Below, in pieces: positions 17,523-27,409 of a DNA stretch of 64,000 nt. Position 1 is the stretch's first letter, and each line of letters begins with the position of its first letter. Made by a program: the position numbers and the translations under genes. Below the pieces are notes generated by a model. That model ran no database searches and was not told where the DNA came from. It worked only from the letters and a program-made list of their open reading frames with translations. Source of the stretch: a virus (Duplodnaviria > Caudoviricetes); the IMG/VR virus record IMGVR_UViG_3300028048_000001, positions 32,001 through 96,000 of that record; one strand, given 5' to 3'.

Positions 17523-18299
17523 TTATTTTTTAAAGTGAGCAAATTTATTATCACTTATCTTTTCTATTTTTGGTTTTTTAAAATGTCCAAATTCTTTTTG
17601 ATTTGGCGATTTAAATTTAGAAGTTATTGGTACAGATAACTTCTTAAATTTATCCGATTGATTCTTTTCTTTATTATCTAATCTTTTTCTTGTTTTTCTA
17701 TCAGCATTAATTAATTCATTAGCTTTTCTAATTTTATCATCTGCATGTTCTACTGTTTGATTCCATACGTTTTTATTATATTTTTTAGCTAAAGTTTCCC
17801 ATCTTGATTTGGTAAATAAATCTCCTCTTTTAATTTCTAAATATGCAAAAAATATTGATTTTACATATCCAAGTTCATTTCTAGGATTTTTAATTTTTGC
17901 TTTTTGCTTTAATGCTAATTCACTCATTTTAGAAGATAAATCTTTTATAAACATCTTTCTAGAATTGAAAGCATAACAATAAGTGAATACAAAATTAGCA
18001 TCATTAGAATAAACTTGAATATCATAATTTTTTAAAGTCTTTTCCATTTTTACAGTACTTTTTGTAGGGTAAAATCTTATTACTGTATCATAATAAAAAT
18101 TTTTAGAAATTTCTGATGGGATTTTTAAATGAATATAATAATCATCGGATCCAACATAAAGATTATACATAATCAATCCATTTTCTTTAACTAACAATTC
18201 ATCAAACTGTTTTTGATACATTGCGTGGTACATTTGTCTATTAGTAATAATAGATGCACCTTTACCAGCAGGATTTTTTATATATTCATCAAATGTCAT
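17523..18299 (-). CDS. Basic hypothetical protein between the sigma-like subunit and the chaperonin
   Basis: HLKIPSE...FYYDTVI.F, YSND..FVFTY.Y; Lys-rich C-terminus. Confidence 0.7.
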   Translation of the reverse strand: MTFDEYIKNPAGKGASIITNRQMYHAMYQKQFDELLVKENGLIMYNLYVGSDDYYIHLKIPSEISKNFYYDTVIRFYPTKSTVKMEKTLKNYDIQVYSNDANFVFTYCYAFNSRKMFIKDLSSKMSELALKQKAKIKNPRNELGYVKSIFFAYLEIKRGDLFTKSRWETLAKKYNKNVWNQTVEHADDKIRKANELINADRKTRKRLDNKEKNQSDKFKKLSVPITSKFKSPNQKEFGHFKKPKIEKISDNKFAHFKK

Positions 18300-18657
18300 G
18301 GTAACTCACTCTTCCATCCATAAATTTCTCTATAATATGACCAAGGGCCATACATTTTACAATAATCATAACAAGATTGTCCTGTATAAGAATCTTTATG
18401 TTTGTAGTCTATTGTATAAGAATAATCTTTACATTGATAAAATTCAGTACTGTTAATTGTAGTTGTTTGATGTGGGAATGTAGTATAAGTTGTTGAAGTA
18501 TTAATTAAACTAGGGGATATTGTTGTATGATTAGACATTATAGTTCTACAGCAACTACATTCATTACATTTTGCATCACAATATCTCCATGTATTTCCAC
18601 ACATTCTCATCTTATATTCTGTATAATCTATATTTGGATTATAAGATTCAGAAAACA
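18296..18657 (-). CDS. Cys-rich hypothetical protein (probable start MFSESY)
   Basis: C...W.YC...C..C..C cluster; RBS-like GAAGG before ATG 18657; the upstream ORF extension overlaps a terminator hairpin. Confidence 0.55.
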
Positions 18658-18675
18658 TATTAACCTTCTTTCTCT

Positions 18676-18702
18676 GGAGAAGGGATGTTACTCCCTTCTC
18701 CA
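18676..18702. terminator. Terminator-like hairpin after the chaperonin gene
   Basis: GGAGAAGGGA-tgttac-TCCCTTCTCC; weak U-tract. Confidence 0.65.
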
Positions 18703-18711
18703 AATATATTA

Positions 18712-20544
18712 TTAATAATGAGAGGTTAATGCTGGCGCTTGCAAAATAGCCTGATTAGCAGTATACATGATTGTAATAATCTTAGAAATAGTATCTAAAA
18801 TTACAGGTTCAGATTCAATTGATGTAAGCACTAATCCATCATATTTTTTAGTATTAATATTATAAGGCTTTCCACCTTCTAAATAAATATTGTCAATAAT
18901 AGTATCTATAACTTCATCATTGAAGACTGTTCTATATAGAGATCTGATCATGTTAGCATATGCTTCATTAATAATTTTAATCATATTATATAAATCTCTA
19001 TTTTCAAAACCATTTCTTTCAATCATATCTCTTGTGATACAATATCCCATTGTGTTGGCACCATATCCAACACCATTTTTTGCTGCAGAACGAGTATTAA
19101 GTACAGCATCTTCTACAAGATCTCTCAAAGAATCTCTATCAGAAATTGAAATTCCTCCAATAAATAATTCAACCATATTAGCTTTAACAGCATTTAATTG
19201 TCTTTTAAGAGATCCAAGTATACCAATATTTCCACCTTGTTCTGAATTCGATTTATATTGTGCTTCTAAGAAATTTATAATATTATTGTATGTTTTACTA
19301 TATATAGGATATCCTTCTTCATCTAATTTAATATCACCTTTTTCATCTTTTTCATACATTTTTTCTGGATCGATAAATCTGGTAATATTAGCATCGGCTT
19401 CTACTTCTCCAGCTGTACCATAGAATTCGCATACGTTTTTTAAAGTAGGAGCTAATCCGCTGTCTTGATCAGCTTTATGAATTTTATCATCAATATATTT
19501 TTTGATTGGTTTACATCCACAAAGATTAGATATATGATCTACATAATTTTCATCAAGTCCAGCATAATTTGTTACAATAAGTAATTGTGGTTTTTGAGAA
19601 TATTCAGATTCACTAAATTGAAGAAGCATTTGAACAACTCTTCTCATATATGCATGAGCATCCCTACTAATTTGTGGAGCTAAAATAACAGTAGGAATTT
19701 CTCTTTGCCTATTTGATCTTTTTCTCATTATATTTTCTTCAATAATTTCAACGAATAAAGCCAATTGTTCACTAGTATCGATTGACTCAGCAAATTGATA
19801 AATATGTACAGGATATGTTTCTGTAGATCTTATACGACAATCATTTCTTTCAAGATTATTAATCATAGCAGGGTCAGAATATCCAGCCTCAATTGTAATA
19901 CCATTATATGCTTTTACATATGTATTTTCATTTGTTGAAGCTGATACATCAATAAAAACAGACATTCCATAATCTTTATAAATTTGCTGAATTTGTTCAG
20001 CAATTTCAGCACTACCATTAGTAGATATATAAGCTATATTATAAATATCGTCAATAGTACAAGCTCTTCCATTTTCTCTTACTTTTTCACTAATGAGTTC
20101 AACACATTTTTTAAATAATCTCATTGTATCATATGGATCATATCCGAATTCTCCATTAAGATATGCTTCATTTAAAGCATCAAAAATCAATGAAGACATT
20201 ACTACTATAGATGAAGTACCATCACCAACAGTTTTTTCTATATATCTAGTAGAATTTTCAATTTCAGATTTAATAGCCATTTCAATAGGATATTGATATT
20301 TAATACTCTTAATAATTTTATTACCATCTTTTGAATATTCTGCAACAATATCCTGATCAGAAGATCCTCTTAAAATAAGAGAGTTAGAACCAGCTGGGCC
20401 CATTGAATTGATTATTGCTTCTTTAAGATCATTTAAAACAGAAGATTGAATTTCCTTAAGTTTCTGTCCAGATACAATGTTGTTAACAGGCTTTGATGAA
20501 TTTACTATTACTTTAGGTATTACTCTATTTTCATTTTTCATCAT
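18712..20544 (-). CDS. groEL: Phage GroEL-like chaperonin
   Basis: SMGPAG, SKDG, GDGTSS nucleotide-binding motif, VEDAV..TRSA...GVGYGA. Confidence 0.92.
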   Translation of the reverse strand: MMKNENRVIPKVIVNSSKPVNNIVSGQKLKEIQSSVLNDLKEAIINSMGPAGSNSLILRGSSDQDIVAEYSKDGNKIIKSIKYQYPIEMAIKSEIENSTRYIEKTVGDGTSSIVVMSSLIFDALNEAYLNGEFGYDPYDTMRLFKKCVELISEKVRENGRACTIDDIYNIAYISTNGSAEIAEQIQQIYKDYGMSVFIDVSASTNENTYVKAYNGITIEAGYSDPAMINNLERNDCRIRSTETYPVHIYQFAESIDTSEQLALFVEIIEENIMRKRSNRQREIPTVILAPQISRDAHAYMRRVVQMLLQFSESEYSQKPQLLIVTNYAGLDENYVDHISNLCGCKPIKKYIDDKIHKADQDSGLAPTLKNVCEFYGTAGEVEADANITRFIDPEKMYEKDEKGDIKLDEEGYPIYSKTYNNIINFLEAQYKSNSEQGGNIGILGSLKRQLNAVKANMVELFIGGISISDRDSLRDLVEDAVLNTRSAAKNGVGYGANTMGYCITRDMIERNGFENRDLYNMIKIINEAYANMIRSLYRTVFNDEVIDTIIDNIYLEGGKPYNINTKKYDGLVLTSIESEPVILDTISKIITIMYTANQAILQAPALTSHY

Positions 20545-21194
20545 TTATCTTCTCCATAATTAGAATAATTTTTTCCTATAGATACAAATTCATTATATAA
20601 AGCTAAATTATTATCTGTATCTCTTATATAAATAGCATTATATCTTTTAGGAGATATATAAATCTTCTTTTGCACAATATCTGTTAAATTATTATTTGTA
20701 AAAAAAATATAATCTTTTACATAATATACATCTTTTGATGCTAAATTTCTTTTATCTTTATTATCGGTTGTTTTACTTATATTAAAAAATCTATATATTT
20801 CTTCTTCTTCTAATTTATCATTTATAAATATTACTGGATTAATTCCTAAATTATTACAATTAGCAAACATCATTGATATAAATAAATTTATATTTTTATA
20901 AGTAAGAGATCTATGAATTATATCTTTTTTATAAGTATCAAAAAAGCTTTTATATAATTCATCTATATCTGGTAAATTTTCTTCTGTAGATATTATAGAT
21001 AAAGGGTTCCAATTTAATCGAGAATATAAGAGTGATAGAATATATCTATCACTCTTATTTAATATATCTAATTTGAAGACTCTATCATCTTGGAATTTTT
21101 CTCTAATAAATCTAATTAGGCCTATATCTGTATCTACAAGAAAATTAAAATCTATTAATGTAGATAATACTCTACCACCTAAATTAGTATTCAT
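20541..21194 (-). CDS. Hypothetical protein
   Basis: ATGA overlap with the chaperonin gene; LIDF..LVDTDIGL N-terminus. Confidence 0.75.
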   Translation of the reverse strand: MNTNLGGRVLSTLIDFNFLVDTDIGLIRFIREKFQDDRVFKLDILNKSDRYILSLLYSRLNWNPLSIISTEENLPDIDELYKSFFDTYKKDIIHRSLTYKNINLFISMMFANCNNLGINPVIFINDKLEEEEIYRFFNISKTTDNKDKRNLASKDVYYVKDYIFFTNNNLTDIVQKKIYISPKRYNAIYIRDTDNNLALYNEFVSIGKNYSNYGEDK

Positions 21195-21199
21195 ATTTA

Positions 21200-22003
21200 T
21201 TATCCAAGTTCATCTTCCAAATTAGTAATAGGCTTATAATTATTACGTCCTGTATTATTGTCAGATTTATTATTAGAAGATTCTGAATAACCATTATTTA
21301 CTGAAGAAAAATATGAATTATTAGAAACTCCATTATAACTCTTATCTATTGCTCCAACTTTTTCTCCAATTTTTCTAATTAAATTAGATGCTTTAGCGGT
21401 TTCATATCTAGCAGTATCATGATAGAAATAAGCTGCAGCACATGAAGCATTTCTAGAATAATCTTCAAGAAGATCTTTTAACTGATTAAGTTCAATATAA
21501 TTATCATATTCTTTTTTAAATCCAAGTTTTACAATATCATTTATTTGAAGAGAATAATGATAATCTGTATTGAAATTAAATCTTTGATTAGATTCATATT
21601 TACCATTAGCATCTACTTTTGCAATAACAAGATAAGGCTTTCCCATATCTCTGCCAATAGCAATTAATCCTCTAGTTTCTCCTGTACCAGTATCAACTCC
21701 AAAAATATCAATAGCTTCTGGATTTTCAATAATTCTTTTTACACAAGTTGAAAATATTCTTGCCTTTGTGGGAGATAAATGAATATATGCTAATTCATTA
21801 TTTCTACCATCTTGTGCTGTTCCTGCCTCAGAAATAGATAATCTGAGAGTACCATTCCAAAAAGTAAAAGAGAGACGCAAATTATCAACAGGATTTTTTA
21901 TTGAAAGTCTTGAATAATATGTTGGATTATATAATGTATTATTCTGATTATTATTTGAATATGATCTATTGTTAGAATTGCTGTAGGTGCTACCGAGTGC
22001 CAT
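21200..22003 (-). CDS. Putative single-stranded DNA-binding protein
   Basis: Beta-rich core, N/S-rich disordered linker and acidic tip LEDELG; strong RBS. Function inferred from architecture only. Confidence 0.4.
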   Translation of the reverse strand: MALGSTYSNSNNRSYSNNNQNNTLYNPTYYSRLSIKNPVDNLRLSFTFWNGTLRLSISEAGTAQDGRNNELAYIHLSPTKARIFSTCVKRIIENPEAIDIFGVDTGTGETRGLIAIGRDMGKPYLVIAKVDANGKYESNQRFNFNTDYHYSLQINDIVKLGFKKEYDNYIELNQLKDLLEDYSRNASCAAAYFYHDTARYETAKASNLIRKIGEKVGAIDKSYNGVSNNSYFSSVNNGYSESSNNKSDNNTGRNNYKPITNLEDELG

Positions 22004-22063
22004 AATATTTTCTCCTTTTTATAATTTTTAAATAAATAATAAGTTTTAAAAATAATAAAATAA

Positions 22064-22312
22064 ATTGGCCATATCAGTTATGAGCTGATGTTAAAAGAAT
22101 AATATAAATATAATAACAACATATGGCAAAAAGAAAGAGGGTTTGGCTTATCAAATTATATGTATCATCGGAGGTATAGGTGATTTAGTATAAATAATAT
22201 ATAGCATACCGAAAGGATTAGCAAATTATTCTTACATTTATATTAATCTTTTAGTCTTACATTAAACGAATGGCCAATAAATATACTATTATGATTATAT
22301 AATAGTATATTT
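22064..22312. ncRNA. Structured intergenic element / candidate ncRNA
   Basis: Closing stem ATTGGCCAT/ATGGCCAAT (22064-72/22270-78), nested AAGAATAAT/ATTATTCTT, hairpin ATCAGTT/AGCTGAT, adjacent AT hairpin 22280-22311; no ORF. Confidence 0.45.
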
Positions 22313-22342
22313 TTGTTATTATAAAAATAAAAATTAAATAAA

Positions 22343-24154
22343 TTAAAATTCTGGTTGTGTTAATTTATTTGTATCACTTGATAATACTAAAGTTAAATTA
22401 TATATCGATTGAACAGCCTCTTTTTCTGATACTCTAATATTCTCACATCCAAGATCTATATAGTTTGATTTAAGATTTACAAAATTTGAAAGTTCTTCGT
22501 TTGTTTCATTCATAAAAGATCCTTTTACTTGGATTGTATCGCCATCATAATCCATTCCAGCACCTTTTAGATAAAGATTACTTACTTGCATAGTATCTAC
22601 AAATTTACTTGCAGAGCTTTTTAATATATCTTCCATTCTAATTTTAGGATAAAATCTATAATATTCACCATTTAAAATTATTTGTTCTGTTTCTGTAGTA
22701 CTTGCAACTTCGATTCCAGTATATATAGTATTAAAATAACTATCATAAGGAAATCTTGTAATAGATATTGTTTTTCCTTCAGTAGATTTAACAGCTGCAA
22801 TATAAATTACATCAACCCAAGTTAATGGTCTTCTTATAATAGGCTCTGGATTAGTTTTTAATTCTTCTTTTGGATCTTTCCATCGTTCTCCTTTAAATTG
22901 CATCATATATACTTTTCCAGGATCCGAATTTTTATCTTTAATAGTAATCTCTATTGGAAGAAATCTATTATCATGAGAATATACAAATTTCTTTAATTGA
23001 TCTTTTAATTTATCATCAGTAAATTCAAGCATTACATTACTTACATCATAATTATGTAAATTTCCTTGAGAATCAATAACTTCATAATTTGTTACATTAA
23101 GAAATTCATTTTCAAAAAATTTTCTCATATGAAATAACATAAACGGATAAAAATCTGCAGCTACTGCAGCAAGAGGCATAGCAGATTTGTCTAATGAAAC
23201 CATTAAGTCATCTATAGTTTCTTTTTTAAGTTCTGGAGCAGATACGACCAATCTAGAAGAATAATCACTTGTATATCCAAGATTCATTTTTATAATTCCA
23301 AATTTACCACTTAACCCAGTTCCTGGATCTTTTATTGTATCGTTTCTATTTCCACAGAACCAATCATATATAGCTCTTAATGTTTCTTGTATTCTAGCAC
23401 ATGTTGTGTCTGCCATTGATAATCCGTAATCTGCATTATCTTTTAAAGCATTAGCAGCTGTTATAAGATTTACATATAAAGTATTAATCTGTCCAACACC
23501 AACATGCTTTTTACTAGTATTAGCATCTCTATAATATGGAGGAATTACTATCCATTTATTAGTAAATAAAGTTCCTCTTTTTAAATTATGATCTATATAT
23601 TTAATTCTCATATCTCTTGTACGAGAATTTGTTCTTTTAAATTTAATTTTATCAAAATTTGCTTTTAACCATTTTATTCCAGTACCACCACCTTGATCTT
23701 CTACTAAATTTCCATTTCCATCTATTTTATATTTTTTTAATCCTTTTACAATAAAACTAAATTTTTGATCTAATCTAAGTAAGCATTTATAACAACTTGG
23801 ATCTATAAAATATTCATAAAGATTAATATAAGCAAAAATGCCAGCTCTATCAGATTGAGTGATACCAAAAATTTCATTACTTAATAACCCATCAGAAGTT
23901 GGAACTCCTCCAGTAGCAAAAAATGTAGGGTTAGTTATAGGTTTTAATTCATTTACTTTTATATATCTATCGATATCTAATACTTCTAATGATAAAATCT
24001 CTTTTTTTGCTCTTTCTTCATAAGAAATTTCGTTAAGATATTTAAGTTCATTATCGTATTTAGAAAATTTTTCATCTAATGGATCTTCATAATATTTGAA
24101 TTCCATAATATCTTCATAGATAAATTCATTATTAGTATTATTTAATATTGGCAT
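22343..24154 (-). CDS. rpoC: Virion RNA polymerase beta' catalytic subunit
   Basis: PTSDGLLSNEIFG, AYINL, VIPPYYRD, GKFG, DYSSRLVV, TRFP, GMDYDGD catalytic motif. Confidence 0.9.
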   Translation of the reverse strand: MPILNNTNNEFIYEDIMEFKYYEDPLDEKFSKYDNELKYLNEISYEERAKKEILSLEVLDIDRYIKVNELKPITNPTFFATGGVPTSDGLLSNEIFGITQSDRAGIFAYINLYEYFIDPSCYKCLLRLDQKFSFIVKGLKKYKIDGNGNLVEDQGGGTGIKWLKANFDKIKFKRTNSRTRDMRIKYIDHNLKRGTLFTNKWIVIPPYYRDANTSKKHVGVGQINTLYVNLITAANALKDNADYGLSMADTTCARIQETLRAIYDWFCGNRNDTIKDPGTGLSGKFGIIKMNLGYTSDYSSRLVVSAPELKKETIDDLMVSLDKSAMPLAAVAADFYPFMLFHMRKFFENEFLNVTNYEVIDSQGNLHNYDVSNVMLEFTDDKLKDQLKKFVYSHDNRFLPIEITIKDKNSDPGKVYMMQFKGERWKDPKEELKTNPEPIIRRPLTWVDVIYIAAVKSTEGKTISITRFPYDSYFNTIYTGIEVASTTETEQIILNGEYYRFYPKIRMEDILKSSASKFVDTMQVSNLYLKGAGMDYDGDTIQVKGSFMNETNEELSNFVNLKSNYIDLGCENIRVSEKEAVQSIYNLTLVLSSDTNKLTQPEF

Positions 24155-24175
24155 CTTTATTATCTCCTCAAAAAA

Positions 24176-24200
24176 GGGATAGGATATTAATTCCTATCCC
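24176..24200 (-). terminator. Intrinsic terminator
   Basis: GGGATAGGA-tattaat-TCCTATCCC with A-tract on the left. Confidence 0.85.
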
Positions 24201-24206
24201 AGAAAT

Positions 24207-24791
24207 TTAAAAACTCATATTAATATCATTAAGAGATCTTTGCAATCTATGTAAACAATAATCTATATCTTTTTCTTTAATATTAAAGTATTCGATATAA
24301 AACTCCTTTTTATTTGTTATTTTTAATATCCATTTTTCTAAATAATATTTGTCTAAATTTATATTAGAAATTATCCATTTAAATTTTACAAAGTTTTTTT
24401 CTTCTAAAGCATCTTCTAAAGTTATTTCTAATTTCTTTATTTTATTTATATTTTTAAATATATTTTGATTATTTTTTTCTCTAATATAATTAATAGTATT
24501 AATTATTACCCATTCTTTTTCTTCTATAGATCTTATTATTCCTATTTGAGATACTACTTCGTCCTCAAAAAATGTTATATAAGAAGACATTGTATTATTT
24601 TGAGTTAAATATGCTATAGTATCTTTTTCGTCACAAGAATCTAATATAATTGGTAAACCTATATATTCAGGAAATCCTTCAACTACTGTAGAGTATCTTC
24701 CTACTGTAACAGCAATTATATTATGCTTATTATTTTCTGTAGGTTTTAATACAACTATAGTACCATTTACTAAAAATCCTGGATTTTTCAT
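24207..24791 (-). CDS. Hypothetical protein
   Basis: AAGGAG RBS. Confidence 0.7.
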   Translation of the reverse strand: MKNPGFLVNGTIVVLKPTENNKHNIIAVTVGRYSTVVEGFPEYIGLPIILDSCDEKDTIAYLTQNNTMSSYITFFEDEVVSQIGIIRSIEEKEWVIINTINYIREKNNQNIFKNINKIKKLEITLEDALEEKNFVKFKWIISNINLDKYYLEKWILKITNKKEFYIEYFNIKEKDIDYCLHRLQRSLNDINMSF

Positions 24792-24803
24792 TAAGCTCCT
24801 TCC

Positions 24804-25403
24804 TTAGAGCCAATTTTCATGTCTAAAAATAATTCCATGATAAAAATTTTGCATTGTTCTTGTATAATTATCTTGTATTTTTATTTGCTTATATAATAAA
24901 TACATTGTTTTATAATAGTATATAGATAATTGATATTTATAAATCTCTTCTTTATAAACTTCTAAATCATAATTATTACATAAAGAGATTAATAAATAAA
25001 TAATCATGAAAAGTGGCCTAAAAAATGTATTAACAGAATATTGATCTTTATTAATAATATTATAAAGATCAAGATTAAATTTTTCTAATAAATCTGTATT
25101 ATATTGTAATAAATCTTTATTATTTCTTGATATTGTAACAAAGATTTCATATATAATTGAACATATAGCTTCATCTATAATATTAATTTTAAAAATAGAA
25201 TATTCTAATTCAGAAAATATTGGTAAAATATTATCTGGGTTTAATGATTCATTATTAATAATTTTATACAAATAATCTAAACAATCTTGAATAGAAATAA
25301 ATTGATGTTCTGATTTTATTCTATTTAAAAAAGATAATTTATCTATTTCAAAAGGATTATGATGAATGGCTAATAAAGGTTTTAATTTGTTTATATCCTT
25401 CAT
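24804..25403 (-). CDS. Hypothetical helical protein
   Basis: GAGG RBS; AACC-N6-TA promoter-like motif upstream. Confidence 0.65.
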   Translation of the reverse strand: MKDINKLKPLLAIHHNPFEIDKLSFLNRIKSEHQFISIQDCLDYLYKIINNESLNPDNILPIFSELEYSIFKINIIDEAICSIIYEIFVTISRNNKDLLQYNTDLLEKFNLDLYNIINKDQYSVNTFFRPLFMIIYLLISLCNNYDLEVYKEEIYKYQLSIYYYKTMYLLYKQIKIQDNYTRTMQNFYHGIIFRHENWL

Positions 25404-25467
25404 TTATATAGTCCTCTTATATACAACCTATTATAATAAGGTTAAAATATGATAATTATAATAATAT

Positions 25468-25507
25468 AAATATATCCCTAATAGGATCACCTATTAGGGA
25501 TATATTT
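25468..25507. terminator. Intrinsic terminator
   Basis: ATATCCCTAATAGG-atca-CCTATTAGGGATAT. Confidence 0.85.
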
Positions 25508-25525
25508 ATATTATTAATTATTATA

Positions 25526-26563
25526 TTACTTTCCTTCAAATTTATCAGCAGTTCCTCTAAGAGCTTTACCAATAGTTCTTCTAGCCCCAATTCCAGAGTT
25601 TCTGATTCCGTGATAAACTTTACCAGCAGGAGTTTGACTAAAGTTTTCTTTTTTAGCTTCTTTATTAGCTTCTTTTTGAGCTTTATTTTTTTCTCCTTCA
25701 TCAGATTTTACAGATTTAATAAGAGCACTAACAATAGAAGCATTTGCAAGATAGAATTTGTTATATGCTTTACACATATCTTTACAAACATTAGCATTGC
25801 TCTTAAGAGCATTATTTGCTCTATTCATAGCTTCGCCTAATTCTTCTCCTTTAAATGCAGAGAAATTTTTCTTCATATTATTAAGAGATTTATCTGCTTC
25901 TTCTCTATCTTTTCTAATTTTTTTAATAAGGTCATTTCCAGTAACAACATCAATCGCAGCACTTAAGACACCAGATTTAGTAACTTCTTTACCTTTACCA
26001 TTTTCTTCTCTAATACTGTTTTTAGCAATATCTTCAAATTCTTTAAAGAATTCATCTTTCTCATAAATAGTATGTTCTTTTTGAGAATTAGAAATTAATT
26101 TTTCTTTAAGTCCAGAATCAATTTTATTTTCAATAGCTTTAGATTGCCATCCATTCGTTTTAAAAGAAATGGAAATGTTATTACGTTCTGCATATTCAAC
26201 AGCTTTATCAAGTTTTTGTTTATTCATTCCAATGGTGGCAAGCTTATGCTTAAGAGAATCTATATTATTAGAAATAAAATCAATAATCTTGGAAAAAAGA
26301 GCACTAATCTTAGTTCTAATCGTGTCTACAGCTTGGAAAAACTTATCTTTAAGAGATCTACTATTTTCATTCTCTGAACCATCTTCATTAAAATAATTAA
26401 TTTCAACACCATTCTCATAAAGATATGAATGTTCTGTAAGAAGACAATTCATCATAAAATCATTACAAGTTTCATATACACCTATAAGCATATCATCACA
26501 AGCATCAGAAACACTCATACCTTCATATAAATTTTCTCTAGGCTGATCAATAACAGTAATCAT
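25526..26563 (-). CDS. Putative internal head protein
   Basis: N-terminal LYE/VYE/LTE/FNE sites followed by a helical body; late promoter motif. Confidence 0.55.
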   Translation of the reverse strand: MITVIDQPRENLYEGMSVSDACDDMLIGVYETCNDFMMNCLLTEHSYLYENGVEINYFNEDGSENENSRSLKDKFFQAVDTIRTKISALFSKIIDFISNNIDSLKHKLATIGMNKQKLDKAVEYAERNNISISFKTNGWQSKAIENKIDSGLKEKLISNSQKEHTIYEKDEFFKEFEDIAKNSIREENGKGKEVTKSGVLSAAIDVVTGNDLIKKIRKDREEADKSLNNMKKNFSAFKGEELGEAMNRANNALKSNANVCKDMCKAYNKFYLANASIVSALIKSVKSDEGEKNKAQKEANKEAKKENFSQTPAGKVYHGIRNSGIGARRTIGKALRGTADKFEGK

Positions 26564-26644
26564 AGTATTATAATACTCCTTTACTAATTTTAAAGTAAAA
26601 TTTTAACGTTAAAATGTTGTTTAAGATTATAAGAATTTTATATA

Positions 26645-27262
26645 TTAAAAGAGATCATCCCAATTAGTGAAACTCTCTTCAATATCATTGTCAACAAATT
26701 TATCATCTAAACCATCTACATTAGAAAATTGATCTTTTTCTTCTGGATAAGATGGAACAGTATTCTGATCAACTCCATCATCATCTATATAATCGTCTTC
26801 GTCTTCACCGTTAGGAGCATATCCATCTTCTTCAAGAACAGCAAGAATATACTCTGCTGCTTCTCTAAGATTCTTTCTCACATTAGCCGGTAAATCAGGA
26901 ATATTAGTAGCTTCAGCTTCTGTAGCTTCAGTAAAATATTTACTCATATTAGTATCTTCCTCCAGATTATCAAAATCTTCACTTGTAAGAGCTTTATTGA
27001 AAATCATTTCAACATCAGTATCTTCACCATCGGATGCAGTGGTAAAACTATTAGCAGCATCAGCAGCTGCATCAAGTCCTTCACTATCTGGTTGATCTAA
27101 TTTATCTTCTCCAAATTCATCTTGTTCTTGAACTGGATCATCACCAAAATCATTACTTGGCTTTTTACTAGAAGGAGTAACTTCTCCAAATTCTTTACTA
27201 TTATCATTAGCATGACTGAAGTCTTCATGTAATGATTTCATATAATCACTAAAATTAATCAT
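26645..27262 (-). CDS. Highly acidic putative head/scaffold protein
   Basis: D/E-rich with LHE, LEE, FTE, LRE, IEE sites; late promoter. Confidence 0.55.
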   Translation of the reverse strand: MINFSDYMKSLHEDFSHANDNSKEFGEVTPSSKKPSNDFGDDPVQEQDEFGEDKLDQPDSEGLDAAADAANSFTTASDGEDTDVEMIFNKALTSEDFDNLEEDTNMSKYFTEATEAEATNIPDLPANVRKNLREAAEYILAVLEEDGYAPNGEDEDDYIDDDGVDQNTVPSYPEEKDQFSNVDGLDDKFVDNDIEESFTNWDDLF

Positions 27263-27409
27263 TTTTATAAATCATATCCTTATAATAAGGATATAACTCC
27301 TTTCTTATATTATAATTAAGTTCTGTAATTATAATACTGACAGGTATTTATTTAGTATAATATTACGAGCTCAAAAAATAATTTATATTATACTAATTTA
27401 TTAAAAATA

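Noticed and set aside
22080-22220. Hammerhead ribozyme (CUGAUG...GAAA)
   Set aside because: Core reads CUGAUGU rather than CUGANGA, and the stems do not fit
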